Of a stretch of DNA of 64,000 bases, positions 29,262 through 39,676 are shown piece by piece. The stretch is from Candidatus Parvarchaeum acidophilus ARMAN-5 (lineage in GTDB: Archaea; Nanobdellota; Nanobdellia; Parvarchaeales; Parvarchaeaceae). Both the position numbers and the translations under genes were made by a program. Position 1 is the first letter of the stretch. Every line of letters begins with the position of its first letter. The stretch lies in the NCBI GenBank assembly GCA_002412085.1, contig GG745546.1:1390-65389 (forward strand), read 5' to 3'. The notes beneath the pieces are model-generated. The model saw only the letters and a list, made by a program, of their open reading frames with translations, ran no database searches and was not told where the DNA came from.

Positions 29262-29262
29262 G

Positions 29263-30258
29263 ATGGAAGAGATTGATCTGGTAATAATAGGTGCAGGGCC
29301 GACAGGTATGTTTGCGAGTTTCTGTGCTGGACTTAGAGAGATAAACAGCGTTACATTGGAAAGTCTTGATACTTACGGGGGACAAATGCTTGAACTTTAT
29401 CCCGAGAAAGAAGTTTATGATGTCATGGCGGTTCCAAAAATGCTTTCAAAAGACTTATCGAATAAGATGTATGAACAGAGCCAAACCTTTAAAAGAAGAT
29501 TCGAATTTAACTCGAAAGTGACCGACATAATACCGCAATCCGACAAGCGCTTGGCTGTCGAAGTAAATGGAGAGAAAAAATATCTAGCTAAATCCGTGCT
29601 TATATGCGGAGGAGTAGGAGATTTTCACCCAAATAAATTGAACGCTGAAGGAGAAGATGAATACAATGGAAAAGGTGTTTATTACTCTGTAAAAAGTATA
29701 GACGATTTTAAGGATAAAACGGTTGCAGTAATAGGAGGAGGAGATTCGGCATTTGACTATCAGATGCAAATTGCCTCAGTATGTAAAAATACCTATATAA
29801 TACAGCACAACAATACCTTCAAAGCCGCCGAGTCAAGTGTAGATGCGGTAAAGAGAGATGCTAAAGCTAAGATTATAATGAACACCGACGTAAAGAAAAT
29901 AAACGGCGATGGAAATAATGTAAAAAGCATAGAGGTATTCGATAATTCCTCAAAAAAGGATTACACAATTGATGTAGATGCAGTTATAATAGCTATAGGC
30001 TATAAAGTAAATCCGTCGCTTTTCAAATCGCTAAACGTTGAAACTGATAAACGTTACATAAAGGTAGACCATAATTATAAAACCAGCGTGGATGGAGTTT
30101 ATGCTGCGGGAGACATGGCAAATGTAAGCGATGAACCTAAATTTGCCCTTATAGCGGTAGGAGGCAGCGAAGCGTATATAGCAATAAATAACATAAAGAA
30201 ATATATTTCGCCCAATGCTTCTCTATTCGGTGGACATAGCTCTTCGCTTAACCTATGA
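29263..30258 (+). CDS. FAD/NAD(P)-dependent oxidoreductase, thioredoxin-reductase-like fold without a CxxC redox pair (ferredoxin-NADP reductase type 2-like).
   Basis: Two dinucleotide-binding motifs: LVIIGAGPTGMF and VAVIGGGDSAFDY. Start taken at the ATG just after the tfs stop rather than the longer overlapping ORF (29197). Confidence 0.7.
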   Translation: MEEIDLVIIGAGPTGMFASFCAGLREINSVTLESLDTYGGQMLELYPEKEVYDVMAVPKMLSKDLSNKMYEQSQTFKRRFEFNSKVTDIIPQSDKRLAVEVNGEKKYLAKSVLICGGVGDFHPNKLNAEGEDEYNGKGVYYSVKSIDDFKDKTVAVIGGGDSAFDYQMQIASVCKNTYIIQHNNTFKAAESSVDAVKRDAKAKIIMNTDVKKINGDGNNVKSIEVFDNSSKKDYTIDVDAVIIAIGYKVNPSLFKSLNVETDKRYIKVDHNYKTSVDGVYAAGDMANVSDEPKFALIAVGGSEAYIAINNIKKYISPNASLFGGHSSSLNL

Positions 30259-31106
30259 TTTATACAGTAGTAAATGAAAAAATAATAAAAGGACTTTATA
30301 AAAGACGAGACAATTGGGTACACAAAGGAAATTTCGGCAGAGTCCTTATAGTTGGTGGTTCTAAAATCTACACAGGTTCGCCGGCGATAGTCGCTCTTTC
30401 GGCACTTAGAACCGGCTGCGACCTTACCGAGATAATAACTACTAGAAGAGCGGCGGATATCTGCGCCTCTTTCTCTCCGGAAATTATAACTCTGCCTTTG
30501 GAAGGAGATTATCTTGGCCCGGATTCCTTTGACACAATAAAAAAAGAATCCGAGAAATGCAACGTGATAGTATTGGGAAACGGCCTTGGTGTAAACAATA
30601 AACAAAAAGAGCTTGTCGATATGATATTAAGAGAGATAAATAAAAAGATAGTAGTCGATGCCGACGCTATTAAATTGGCCGATAAGTCCTTGCTTGACAA
30701 AAGGGTATTGATTACACCAAATTCAAATGAATTTAAGGTAATCTTTAACGAAGAACTTTCACATGATACCGATAAGAGATTAAAACAAGTACATGAAAAA
30801 GCTGTAGAATACCATACAAACATACTTTTGAAAGGGCACATTGATGTTATATCAAATGGAGAAAGAACTTTCATAAATAAAATAAATTCCGTATACATGA
30901 CAAAAGGAGGCACTGGAGATTCACTTGCAGGGATATCCGGATCATTGATAGCCCAGGGAAATGATATAATAACTTCGGCTGCCGCTGCCGCATTCATAAA
31001 TGGTTATTCCGGAAGAACAGTCGGTAAGAAAGAGAGAGAATCTTTCTCTGTAATGCACCTCATAGAAAACATAGAATACACAATAAATAAATGGAAATCT
31101 CAGTGA
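30255..31106 (+). CDS. nnrD: ADP-dependent NAD(P)H-hydrate dehydratase (YjeF C-terminal / Nnr2 family).
   Basis: HKGNFGRVLIVGGSKIYTGSPAIVALSALRTG and TGGTGDSLAG motifs. Confidence 0.8.
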   Translation: MIYTVVNEKIIKGLYKRRDNWVHKGNFGRVLIVGGSKIYTGSPAIVALSALRTGCDLTEIITTRRAADICASFSPEIITLPLEGDYLGPDSFDTIKKESEKCNVIVLGNGLGVNNKQKELVDMILREINKKIVVDADAIKLADKSLLDKRVLITPNSNEFKVIFNEELSHDTDKRLKQVHEKAVEYHTNILLKGHIDVISNGERTFINKINSVYMTKGGTGDSLAGISGSLIAQGNDIITSAAAAAFINGYSGRTVGKKERESFSVMHLIENIEYTINKWKSQ

Positions 31107-32578
31107 TATTCGTATTTGTTCTTTAACTGATCGAAAGAATTGGACTCAAATTCTTTCGTGATTATGTCTATGTAATTAATCGATATCCTGAACTGTTTCA
31201 TGGAATCGCTCTCTCTGATGGTTACAGTTTCATTCTCTAGACTTTCATAATCCACCGTAAATGCAAGTCTGACCCCTATCTCTTCCGCCTTTCTGTATCT
31301 TTTTCCTATGCTGCCGCTGTCACTGTAAAGTATATCATCTCTATAAACTGAATTTTCAAATATTTCACTGGCCTTTGAATCGACACCATCTTTTGATACA
31401 AGTGGAAATATCGCATATTTGAACGGAGATATTTTGCTATCAAGCGATAACCATCTTCTTTCGCTGTCTTTTTTCATTGAAACCAAAAGAAGAAGATAAA
31501 ACAGCCTGTCGGTTCCCATTGAAAGCTCAAATACCTTTGGTATATTACTGTCTATATTCATTCCTTTAGCACCATATTTCTCATATGAAGATAAATCATG
31601 AATCCCTCTATGGTTACAGGCAACTAGCTCTACCCAGCTATCTCCTTTTTTAATTTCTAAATCAAAGGATTCCTCTGCATAGAATGCTTTATCCTCATAT
31701 AATTTTCTGAATCTTATAACATCCTTATCAAAACCTATTGACAAAAGAAAACCATAAATCTTCGATAAAGCATATGCCGTAACTTTATTTTTTATTGTTC
31801 CGTCGGATAATGCTGCCGAGATATTCACATTCATAGTATTGTTTTTTTCTTTGTCGTATATCTGCACAGTATAATCTTCTTTTAACTCAAAATTATCTTC
31901 TACAAAAAATATTTCTATGTCATTTTGATAAAATTCTCTCTGTCTAATCAGATTATTTCTGGGGGAAATTTCATTTCTAAATGCTTTACCAACTTGGGCA
32001 ATGACAAGTGGAAATTTCCTGCCGCTTGTATCGAATACCCGTTTGAAATCCAAGAATATGGACTGACATGCCTCTGGCCGTAGATATCCCTGCACGTCTT
32101 CACCTATTTTAAGCGGGAACATTGTACCGAACTTTTTTATTTCTCCAAGTTCTCCGCCGCATTTTGCGCATTTTATACCGTACTCTTTTATATAATTGAG
32201 ATATTCTCCTTCTGATAGGCCTTCAAAACTTCTGGAATTTTCCTTTTCTTCTAAGAGTTTGTCTACTCTGTAAACTGAGCCGCATTTTACGCATGCTATC
32301 TCCATGTCAAAGAAATTATCCTCATGGCCTGATGCTTGCAACACTTTTTTAGGAAGTACCACACTTCCGGAGATCTCAACGCCATTCATAGAATTAACGA
32401 GTTTTCTCCACTGCGTTAATAGATTATTGAATATTCTGAATCCTACCGGGCCGTATTCCCAAAAACCAGATATGTTATCACTGCCTATTTCCGAAGTGTG
32501 GAAAAAAATTCCTCTCGATAAAGCAAGATTGGTAAGTTCCTCGTCTGAAGTATATCTTTTATCTTCGTTATTATCCAT
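31100..32578 (-). CDS. glyS: Glycine--tRNA ligase (archaeal/eukaryotic-type class II).
   Basis: N-terminus RGIFFHTSEIGSDNISGFWEYGPVGF and class II motifs. 492 aa. Confidence 0.85.
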   Translation of the reverse strand: MDNNEDKRYTSDEELTNLALSRGIFFHTSEIGSDNISGFWEYGPVGFRIFNNLLTQWRKLVNSMNGVEISGSVVLPKKVLQASGHEDNFFDMEIACVKCGSVYRVDKLLEEKENSRSFEGLSEGEYLNYIKEYGIKCAKCGGELGEIKKFGTMFPLKIGEDVQGYLRPEACQSIFLDFKRVFDTSGRKFPLVIAQVGKAFRNEISPRNNLIRQREFYQNDIEIFFVEDNFELKEDYTVQIYDKEKNNTMNVNISAALSDGTIKNKVTAYALSKIYGFLLSIGFDKDVIRFRKLYEDKAFYAEESFDLEIKKGDSWVELVACNHRGIHDLSSYEKYGAKGMNIDSNIPKVFELSMGTDRLFYLLLLVSMKKDSERRWLSLDSKISPFKYAIFPLVSKDGVDSKASEIFENSVYRDDILYSDSGSIGKRYRKAEEIGVRLAFTVDYESLENETVTIRESDSMKQFRISINYIDIITKEFESNSFDQLKNKYEYH

Positions 32579-32633
32579 TTTATTTTCTTGTATGACTATA
32601 TTAATATAGCTTTAGATTCTTTTAATCAAAGAT

Positions 32634-34560
32634 CTACTTCTTCTTTCTTGATTTTTTAGTTGATCTGGGTTTATTTGCCTTATTTGTCAAATTCTTTTTA
32701 ACTGTATCTTTCTTAGAAGTCAATGCTTTATTATTAGGTTTGAATTTCCTGTAAAGCCTGTATTCAAATATTATACCTGCTGCGACTACTCCTATAGCTA
32801 TACCTAAAATTATGAAGCTTATCTCTTCCAGAAGAGGTTCTATAGGTTTTGAGATTGCTATCGGTTTCAAAGAAGGAGCATATGGTATTAGACTGGCATT
32901 TTGAAGCTGCGCACCTAGTTGTGTAAAAGCCCTTGCTTCTGTCTCAAAAAGCAGATACTCTGGAAAATCTGTATTATTAAGATTTGAGGCGTTGTAAAAC
33001 TGGTTTCCAAAGTAATAATAGCTTATCCCAAGGAAAGGAGTTACACCGACGGATTCCGCGGAATTTATTGAATTTAAGGTCGCTTATAGAACTCTGGTTA
33101 CTTATAGAAGTCAAAGCTGCATAATTTACAAGGCTGTTCTCTTCTATCAGCATCTGTGATACACTTATGGATTCGATGGATGCAAAAATAGACGAGATAT
33201 AGTTACCACTGTAGTATCTATTTTGAGCGGAAGTAAGATAAGACTGAACTTCGGCATTCTCCGAAGGTATACTGGCACCAAGTAAACTGGAATACTCGCT
33301 GTACGAATCGGCTTTGTAAAGGTAGTAGTTGCTTAAAGCCATATAATTTGACTGAGAGAAATTAGAAGTTCCTTTTGGAAGTATTGAAACCCAAAAATAT
33401 GCCGTCTGTGCCTTTACTACGGCTAATGAATAATAATAGACTGCGTTCTGTAAATTTTTGGATGAAAGACTTTGAATTGAATCGTTTAGATAATTTCTTG
33501 CCTGCATAAGCCTGTCGAATGCTATGAACTTAAGAATCAACGTAGACGAGTTTGAAACGTAATCTTTTGAGATATTGTTTTGTATTGCTGTTATTGTAGA
33601 ATTCTCCTTATTTATCAGATTAGTTACAAAAGTCGAAGCATTTGATGAAGAAGAAAGTTCTTCAAGTATACTGGCCTGTATAAGATCCGAGGAGGAAGTT
33701 ATCATGCTGCTTGCGGCTATGTAATAACTACCTTTGGCCGCTTCTGATTTCTGTAAAGCGATATCCGACCTTGCATAAGATATCAAAGAAGAAATCGTGG
33801 TGTTACTGCTGTTTTTAACTGAAGGCAGTATGCCATTTTGATAAGAATTAAAATCTATGTAGGTCTGCTTCATCAAATTCAGATACAAAGGAGTCTGTAT
33901 GCTTAAATTAATTGTCGGGGATAAATTATAACCTGTAAAGTATTGGAATGCCGTGTACTCCGAACTAACTGCTATGGGAGTTTCTCCATGTGCTTCATCA
34001 TACGACAAAGCTGCAGAAGAGATGTTGTCTGTGGCCGGATAAAGAAATGTCTTTATACCTTGATTGGCGGCCGCCATTGATTTCTGAGAAACGTCTCCTA
34101 CTATACCTACGCTTCCGTCAGGATTCGCGGTACCCGTCATAGCTACTTTGGTATTTAGAGGCTTGCCAGAAAGTATAGACATCGCAGCCATAGTAAATGC
34201 GGAACCGGCACTAGGCCCGCCGACTTCAGCTGACTCTGAGGTTATGTAATAATAGAAATTGTAATCATTGCAGTTTATGTTGAGCATCTGGCACGCCAGC
34301 TCAGCTGATACGACCGCCTGTGCTTGCGTATCTGTCTGCACTAAAGGAGTAGAACCAAGAAACACTTTGCCGGTTCCATTAGTTATAGTAAGATTAAGAA
34401 CGGCCGGTACTCCGACTAAAGCGCCGCTCGAAGAATTTGTGACTCCGAATATATAAAGACTGGTAGAACCTATTACATTCTGTACCCCTTGTGCGTGTAC
34501 CCCTCCTATTATCAGAAAGGATAAAACGGAAAAAGTCAAAATAAGTCTGTATAGATTCAT
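32634..34560 (-). CDS. Secreted Lon-like S16 peptidase-domain protein with a C-terminal TM anchor and basic tail, interrupted by a single-nt frame disruption (listed as ORFs 32977..34560 and 32634..32870).
   Basis: Signal peptide MNLYRLILTFSVLSFLIIGGVHA. S16 catalytic motifs AEVGGPSAGSAF and KVAMTGTANPDGSVGIVGDVSQK. Translating the adjacent minus-strand frame upstream of ORF 32634..32870 gives an open frame from the peptidase body to the C-terminal TM anchor. Confidence 0.6.
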
Positions 34561-34646
34561 AACCTATGTAAGACTTTGTATTTTATAAAGATTTGCATTT
34601 TTTTAGATAAAAATAAAAAATTAATTCGGTAAATACTTTTGTTTAC

Positions 34647-34913
34647 TCAAGAAAAAGTGCCTGCTTCCAATTTGTTCTTGAAATTCTGCAGTGCTTCTAT
34701 AAGGAGCGGAAGCTCATCAAAGTTAACTGAAAGACTTGTTTTTATTCTTTCTTCTTCTTTGCCGCTTTTATCGGTAGTGTAACCCTTTTTTATACTTATG
34801 AATGTTATTTCCTTCTCTCCGTCTATTCCTTTAGTCAATCCTATCTTTATGAAATTATTTGAACCCTCTCTAGTTATCTTTTCCACCGGTTCTTCTATAT
34901 CCTTAAATTCCAT
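34647..34913 (-). CDS. Small hypothetical protein (possibly PC4-like ssDNA-binding fold).
   Basis: 88 aa. Weak resemblance to PC4/YdbC-type beta-sheet domains. Preceded by two copies of GTAAGGATTAAAAC. Confidence 0.25.
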   Translation of the reverse strand: MEFKDIEEPVEKITREGSNNFIKIGLTKGIDGEKEITFISIKKGYTTDKSGKEEERIKTSLSVNFDELPLLIEALQNFKNKLEAGTFS

Positions 34914-35010
34914 AGTAAGGATTAAAACTGCTAAAATTTAAGCTTTTCTTTATTGATTGAAGGTTATGCCTTCAAAATACTTTGATTGGTAAGGATTAAA
35001 ACATCTTTTA
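34913..35010 (-). promoter_or_regulatory. Two direct copies of GTAAGGATTAAAAC (minus-strand GTTTTAATCCTTAC): one abuts the start codon of gene 34647..34913, the other lies ~78 nt upstream next to a TATAAAA element.
   Basis: Exact 14-nt direct repeat read from the sequence (34913-34926 and ~34993-35006). Confidence 0.35.
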
Positions 35011-35020
35011 TTTTATAAGC

Positions 35021-35839
35021 TCACGAAAGCTTTTTAGCCTTCTCCATGTCTTCCTTGGTTTTTATAGGCATCCAGCTTCCGTTGTACATATATCCAAAAA
35101 GTAATCCGTCTTTTGCAAGAAGAGGCAGAAGATCCTGCTTTATGTTCCATTCTATGTCCCCTGGAGGAATGTACTTGAAAACATCCTGGTCTAAAAGAAA
35201 TATCGACGTCGGGATAAGCTTGGAATTTACGAAATCCGGTAATTTCTCATAAGTCTGTATCTTGCTACCTTTAAGCACTACCTTGTCTTTAGTCGGAAGG
35301 GATGTGTCGGGAGGTATATAGATTGCCATTGATGCCGGGCTATTATGGGCAATGTGAAATCTTAACATGTCTTTTAGGTCTATATCAAAAACTGAATCTC
35401 CAGTAACGAACAATGTTGTTGAACCGACATACTGTTTTACTCTCTCTAATGCCTTAGCGCTTCCTTTTAGATTATTATCGTCGATGTATTTTATATCAAC
35501 GCCGTAACCTTCTCCATTTTTTAGAATTGTGAATATCTGTTTAAGAAGCTCCGTCTTTCCTGATATCATTATATTCCTGAAATTATTCATTCTAAGATTG
35601 GTTATTATTCTCTCTATAACCGTCGATTCGCCGACCTTTACAAGCGGCCTATAATATTCCGTTCCGTTTACTGTGAACTCTCCACCGCAGAGAACTATTG
35701 CAGTATTCTGTTTTTCAAAGTACTTTCTAAGTATATCCTCTACGGCTTCACTCTTGGATCTGTAGTAGATATTGTCTACGAGCGAATCTAATTTTGCCAC
35801 TACATCGGCATCAATTGTAAAAGAAGTCCTTGCTTTCAT
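35021..35839 (-). CDS. Ribbon-helix-helix (CopG-like) domain fused to a sugar-phosphate nucleotidyltransferase domain.
   Basis: N-terminus MKARTSFTIDADVVAKLDSLV...RSKSEAVEDILRKYF is an RHH domain. The body has an NTP-transferase-like core (AIVLCGG, C-terminal GSWMPIKTKEDMEKA, cf. GxWxDIGTPEDY). Confidence 0.55.
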   Translation of the reverse strand: MKARTSFTIDADVVAKLDSLVDNIYYRSKSEAVEDILRKYFEKQNTAIVLCGGEFTVNGTEYYRPLVKVGESTVIERIITNLRMNNFRNIMISGKTELLKQIFTILKNGEGYGVDIKYIDDNNLKGSAKALERVKQYVGSTTLFVTGDSVFDIDLKDMLRFHIAHNSPASMAIYIPPDTSLPTKDKVVLKGSKIQTYEKLPDFVNSKLIPTSIFLLDQDVFKYIPPGDIEWNIKQDLLPLLAKDGLLFGYMYNGSWMPIKTKEDMEKAKKLS

Positions 35840-36012
35840 ATAATATATTTATCATCCATCGTATTTATCGTTAAACTTAACATAAATGATATCGAATTAC
35901 TATGGAAAATAGATATATATAAACTTATCTAAAGAAATAATATTGGTAATATCTTAGAAAGATTTATATACTAAAAAATTAATTAAGACATGTAAATAAA
36001 TACTATTATTCT

Positions 36013-36633
36013 ATGGGCATAGTAAAAACTGGAACGACAACATTGGGTTTAGTCTATAAGGACGGAGTTATATTAGCCGCAGATAGGAGAGCTACTGCTG
36101 ACCATATAGTTGCAAATAAAAACGCGGAAAAGGTAATGTCTATAAGCAGCAACATCGGTGTGACTACTGCAGGAATGGTTGCGGACCTTCAGGCAATGGT
36201 AAGACTTATGCGTTCGGAACTTACTTTATATGAAATAAGAGCCGGATCTAAACTTGACACAGACGGTGCTGTAAGCCTTTTAAGTGCGGTTCTTTTCAAC
36301 AAAAGACTTTCTTTAAATCTTATTTACGGTGAATTTATAATAGGTGGATACGACACAGAACCAAAGCTTTTTTCTATAGATGAAGCTGGTGGACAGGGAA
36401 AGGATAAATTTACAGTCACCGGCAGCGGAGGCGTTTTCGCTCTTGGAGTCTTGGAAGGAGATTACAAAGACAACATGACTGAAGAAGAAGGAATAAAGCT
36501 AGCATACAAAGCTATATCTTCATCCATTAGAAGAGATGTTTATACTGGAGAAGGAGTAGACATAGCTGTTATAAATAAAAAGGGTTACAAGAAACTTACA
36601 GACGAAGAGATACAAAAAATAGTAGGTAAGTAA
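36013..36633 (+). CDS. psmB: Proteasome subunit beta.
   Basis: Propeptide MGIVKTG | TTTLG catalytic Thr and Ntn-hydrolase fold motifs. Confidence 0.9.
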   Translation: MGIVKTGTTTLGLVYKDGVILAADRRATADHIVANKNAEKVMSISSNIGVTTAGMVADLQAMVRLMRSELTLYEIRAGSKLDTDGAVSLLSAVLFNKRLSLNLIYGEFIIGGYDTEPKLFSIDEAGGQGKDKFTVTGSGGVFALGVLEGDYKDNMTEEEGIKLAYKAISSSIRRDVYTGEGVDIAVINKKGYKKLTDEEIQKIVGK

Positions 36634-36670
36634 ACGTGACTAGCGTTTAGATTACGGAATTTAAGTTACT

Positions 36671-38575
36671 TTGAGTTATGAAAATATGGACATAAAAAAA
36701 GATATAAAAGACTTTATAGCCGACAGATCGTTGATAGATGACATAGAATTTGAAGTTTCTAACGTTGTTATATACACAAAAAACAAGAATTTTTTCTTGG
36801 ATAACTCTGAAATCATAAAGAATTTGGTAAGCAAAGAGAAAAAAAGGATAGAAGTCAGGTTGGAACCTTCTCTCCTTATGGATGAAAAAGAAGCGGAAAA
36901 TAAGATAAAAGAGATGGGTTTTGAAGAAGCAGCTATAACTAAGTTATGGTTTGACGCACCTAGAAGCATAGTAACTATAGAAGCAGAGCATCCTGAGATT
37001 ATTTCTGGAGACAGAAAGGCCGGAATAAACAGGATAAAGGAAGAAACAGGCTGGTCCGTAGTTCTTGCACGTTCCCCGTTAATAAAATCCGACATTGTAG
37101 GAGCCATAAGAGAAATGCTTTACGACAATTCAAAATTCAGAAGAAAAATGCTTAATGAAGTAGGTGAAAATATATACAACTCAAAATTTGAAGTAGACGA
37201 CAAGTACTGGGTAAGGATAAGCGCACTTGGCGCATTCAGACACGTCGGCCGTTCAGCCGTACTTGTACAGACTCCCATAAGCTCGGTATTACTTGACGCA
37301 GGCGTAGACGTAAGCAACAGCAGAGAACCCGTGCCCAGAGTAGACGCACCTGAATTTGACATATCAAAATTAAACGCTGTGGTTATAACGCACAGCCATC
37401 TCGATCACTGCGGTTTCTTACCCGTACTTTACAAATATGGATATAAGGGACCGGTTTATTCGACTGCGCCTACAAGAGATGTTATGACGCTGCTGCATTT
37501 GGATTACATAAACTTAGCGAGTAAGACAAATGGAAAGCTGCTTTTTGACGTTGACGACATAAAGAATATGCTTAAACACTCGATTACCATACCGTTCCAC
37601 GAAGTAACGGACATAACGCCGGACATACGCATAACTCTGCATAATGCTGGTCATATACTCGGATCCGCTATGATACACCTCAATATAGGAAACGGTTTTT
37701 ACAACGTTCTGTACACAGGAGATTTCAAATATGAAAACTCGAAGACATTGAACCGTGCCGAAACGCAGTTTGAAAGGGTGGAAACACTTATAATGGAAAG
37801 TACTTACGGAGGAGATGCGGATACACAACCGGTTCGCAGCGAAACGGAGAAATTCTTCTTTGATATAATAAGCAAAACCGTAGCAAACAACGGAAAAGTC
37901 CTTGTCCCTGTCCTTGGAGTTGGAAGAGCTCAGGAGATAATGCTTTTGATAGAGGAATGGCAGCGTTATGGCCTTTTGCCTGAAGTACCAGTAATAGTAG
38001 ATGGAATGCTTTGGGATGTTACTGCAATATACACTGTTTACCCTGAATTTATGAACAGCGAGACAAGAAACAGAATAATAACACACCATAACAACCCATT
38101 TTTATCACCTATATTCAAACACACCGTAAGCGAAGAAGAAAGGCAGCAGGTACTTTCCGGCGGGCCGGCTATACTTCTTGCCACTTCGGGTATGCTTAAC
38201 GGAGGACCTTCTGTAAGTTATTTCGCAAACTTATGCGAAGACGAGAAAAATGCTATAGTACTTGTATCCTATCAAGGAGTCGGAACGCTTGGAAGAACCA
38301 TACAGAATGGCGGAAGAGAAGTAGATATAGAACTTAATGGGAAGCTTAAACACTTTACTGTAAACGCGCTTGTTTATTCCATAGAAGGATTTTCCGGACA
38401 TTCAGACAGAAAACAACTTGAAAGATTTGTAAGTGACATAAGACCAAAGCCGAGAAAAGTCATAATAGGACACGGAGAGGAAGGTAAAATACTCGAGCTT
38501 TCCCACTATGTAAGAAGAAGGTTCGGAATAGAAACGTACGCTCCGCACATACTTGATGCGCTCAGGCTCAAATAA
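36671..38575 (+). CDS. fttA: Archaeal CPSF1-type beta-CASP ribonuclease (transcription termination factor FttA/aCPSF1).
   Basis: N-terminal KH domains, metallo-beta-lactamase HSHLDHCG motif, beta-CASP region. 634 aa. Confidence 0.9.
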   Translation: MSYENMDIKKDIKDFIADRSLIDDIEFEVSNVVIYTKNKNFFLDNSEIIKNLVSKEKKRIEVRLEPSLLMDEKEAENKIKEMGFEEAAITKLWFDAPRSIVTIEAEHPEIISGDRKAGINRIKEETGWSVVLARSPLIKSDIVGAIREMLYDNSKFRRKMLNEVGENIYNSKFEVDDKYWVRISALGAFRHVGRSAVLVQTPISSVLLDAGVDVSNSREPVPRVDAPEFDISKLNAVVITHSHLDHCGFLPVLYKYGYKGPVYSTAPTRDVMTLLHLDYINLASKTNGKLLFDVDDIKNMLKHSITIPFHEVTDITPDIRITLHNAGHILGSAMIHLNIGNGFYNVLYTGDFKYENSKTLNRAETQFERVETLIMESTYGGDADTQPVRSETEKFFFDIISKTVANNGKVLVPVLGVGRAQEIMLLIEEWQRYGLLPEVPVIVDGMLWDVTAIYTVYPEFMNSETRNRIITHHNNPFLSPIFKHTVSEEERQQVLSGGPAILLATSGMLNGGPSVSYFANLCEDEKNAIVLVSYQGVGTLGRTIQNGGREVDIELNGKLKHFTVNALVYSIEGFSGHSDRKQLERFVSDIRPKPRKVIIGHGEEGKILELSHYVRRRFGIETYAPHILDALRLK

Positions 38576-38576
38576 G

Positions 38577-39104
38577 CTAACTGATTGCCTTTCTTATATA
38601 AAGATCGTAGACATAATTCAAAGCCTTCTCATATGCCTTAAATGCCGTTCTGTTTCCTTTGTCTATTGTGTTGTCCTTTTCTGATATATCTTTGAAAAAG
38701 GAGAGGTACTGCGAAACAAGCTCGTTGTACACGAAATCTTTTAGCATGGGATTATCTATCAACATTTTCTCCATTGCTCTTACTCTATCGTATTTTTTTC
38801 CGAATATCCTTTTGCCCAGATAATCCCTATTTTCGGAAAACCAGTAATTTAGCATTGCCTTTCCGCCGTTCATTCTTTGAATGTAATCTATATCCTCTTT
38901 TACTTCCATAAAATCGCCGTAAAGTTTATCGTCCGGATCGTAGGGATAAGAAAGCTTTCCATATTTCTCATAGGCGTTCAAATAAACGTTGAACAGGCCG
39001 TAGCCTAACTCAAAAAATCTGGATTTTATCTCTGAACCTGACAGGATGTCTTCCAATTTCTCCTTTGTCAATGGATCTCCCATCCAATTTTTCTCAGGTT
39101 TCAT
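38577..39104 (-). CDS. Hypothetical protein.
   Basis: ORF only. 11-nt overlap with the upstream minus-strand gene. Confidence 0.3.
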   Translation of the reverse strand: MKPEKNWMGDPLTKEKLEDILSGSEIKSRFFELGYGLFNVYLNAYEKYGKLSYPYDPDDKLYGDFMEVKEDIDYIQRMNGGKAMLNYWFSENRDYLGKRIFGKKYDRVRAMEKMLIDNPMLKDFVYNELVSQYLSFFKDISEKDNTIDKGNRTAFKAYEKALNYVYDLYIRKAIS

Positions 39105-39600
39105 AGAGGAATTCTACTACTTTTGCAAAAATCCAGATCTTCTCGCTGTCCTTGTTCAAAGGGCTGAATTTTTTGTCTTTTATGTAGAAGAAGCTGTCTC
39201 CCTCCGCTTCCATCAATGAATCGTTTGCCTGTGCGCTTACGAAATTCGTGTATAGGGCATCGTAACCCAAAGATTTAACGACTTTGTCCCTCTTCCTTAT
39301 TATTTCTTGGTATTGACTGCCAAGCAGGTCTTTTACGGGTTTGTCATCAAATTCGGATAAGTAATGATAGAAAGCTCTCATGTTCTTTCCGTTATCTGCG
39401 GCTACTTCCTTGGAAACTTTTTCAAAAGCCTCTTTTTTATCCTGTGGAAAAAAAGCATTTGATTCTTTGTACAGTTTAGTATCGCAGTAAAGATTCAATA
39501 ACATCGAAAAAACGTCCTTTCCAAAGCTGTTTAACTGCCTGTTGAATTCGCTTTCTGCCAGAAAATTCTCGAGTTTTCCTTGCTTCTTTTTGTATTCCAT
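39094..39600 (-). CDS. Hypothetical protein (start trimmed to the internal Met MEYKKKQGK, because the longer ORF overlaps the convergent gene).
   Basis: ORF only. Confidence 0.3.
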   Translation of the reverse strand: MEYKKKQGKLENFLAESEFNRQLNSFGKDVFSMLLNLYCDTKLYKESNAFFPQDKKEAFEKVSKEVAADNGKNMRAFYHYLSEFDDKPVKDLLGSQYQEIIRKRDKVVKSLGYDALYTNFVSAQANDSLMEAEGDSFFYIKDKKFSPLNKDSEKIWIFAKVVEFLYET

Positions 39601-39676
39601 GGTTATTTTATGATGAAAACTAGAATAAGTAGTTTTAATAGCAAAGATTTTTATTCTAAAAAACTCATAATCTTCA

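Noticed and set aside
29197-29262. Longer start for the flavoprotein overlapping the tfs gene.
   Set aside because: The dinucleotide-binding fold begins right after the ATG at 29263, just past the tfs stop. The upstream extension has no homology and would overlap tfs by 65 nt.
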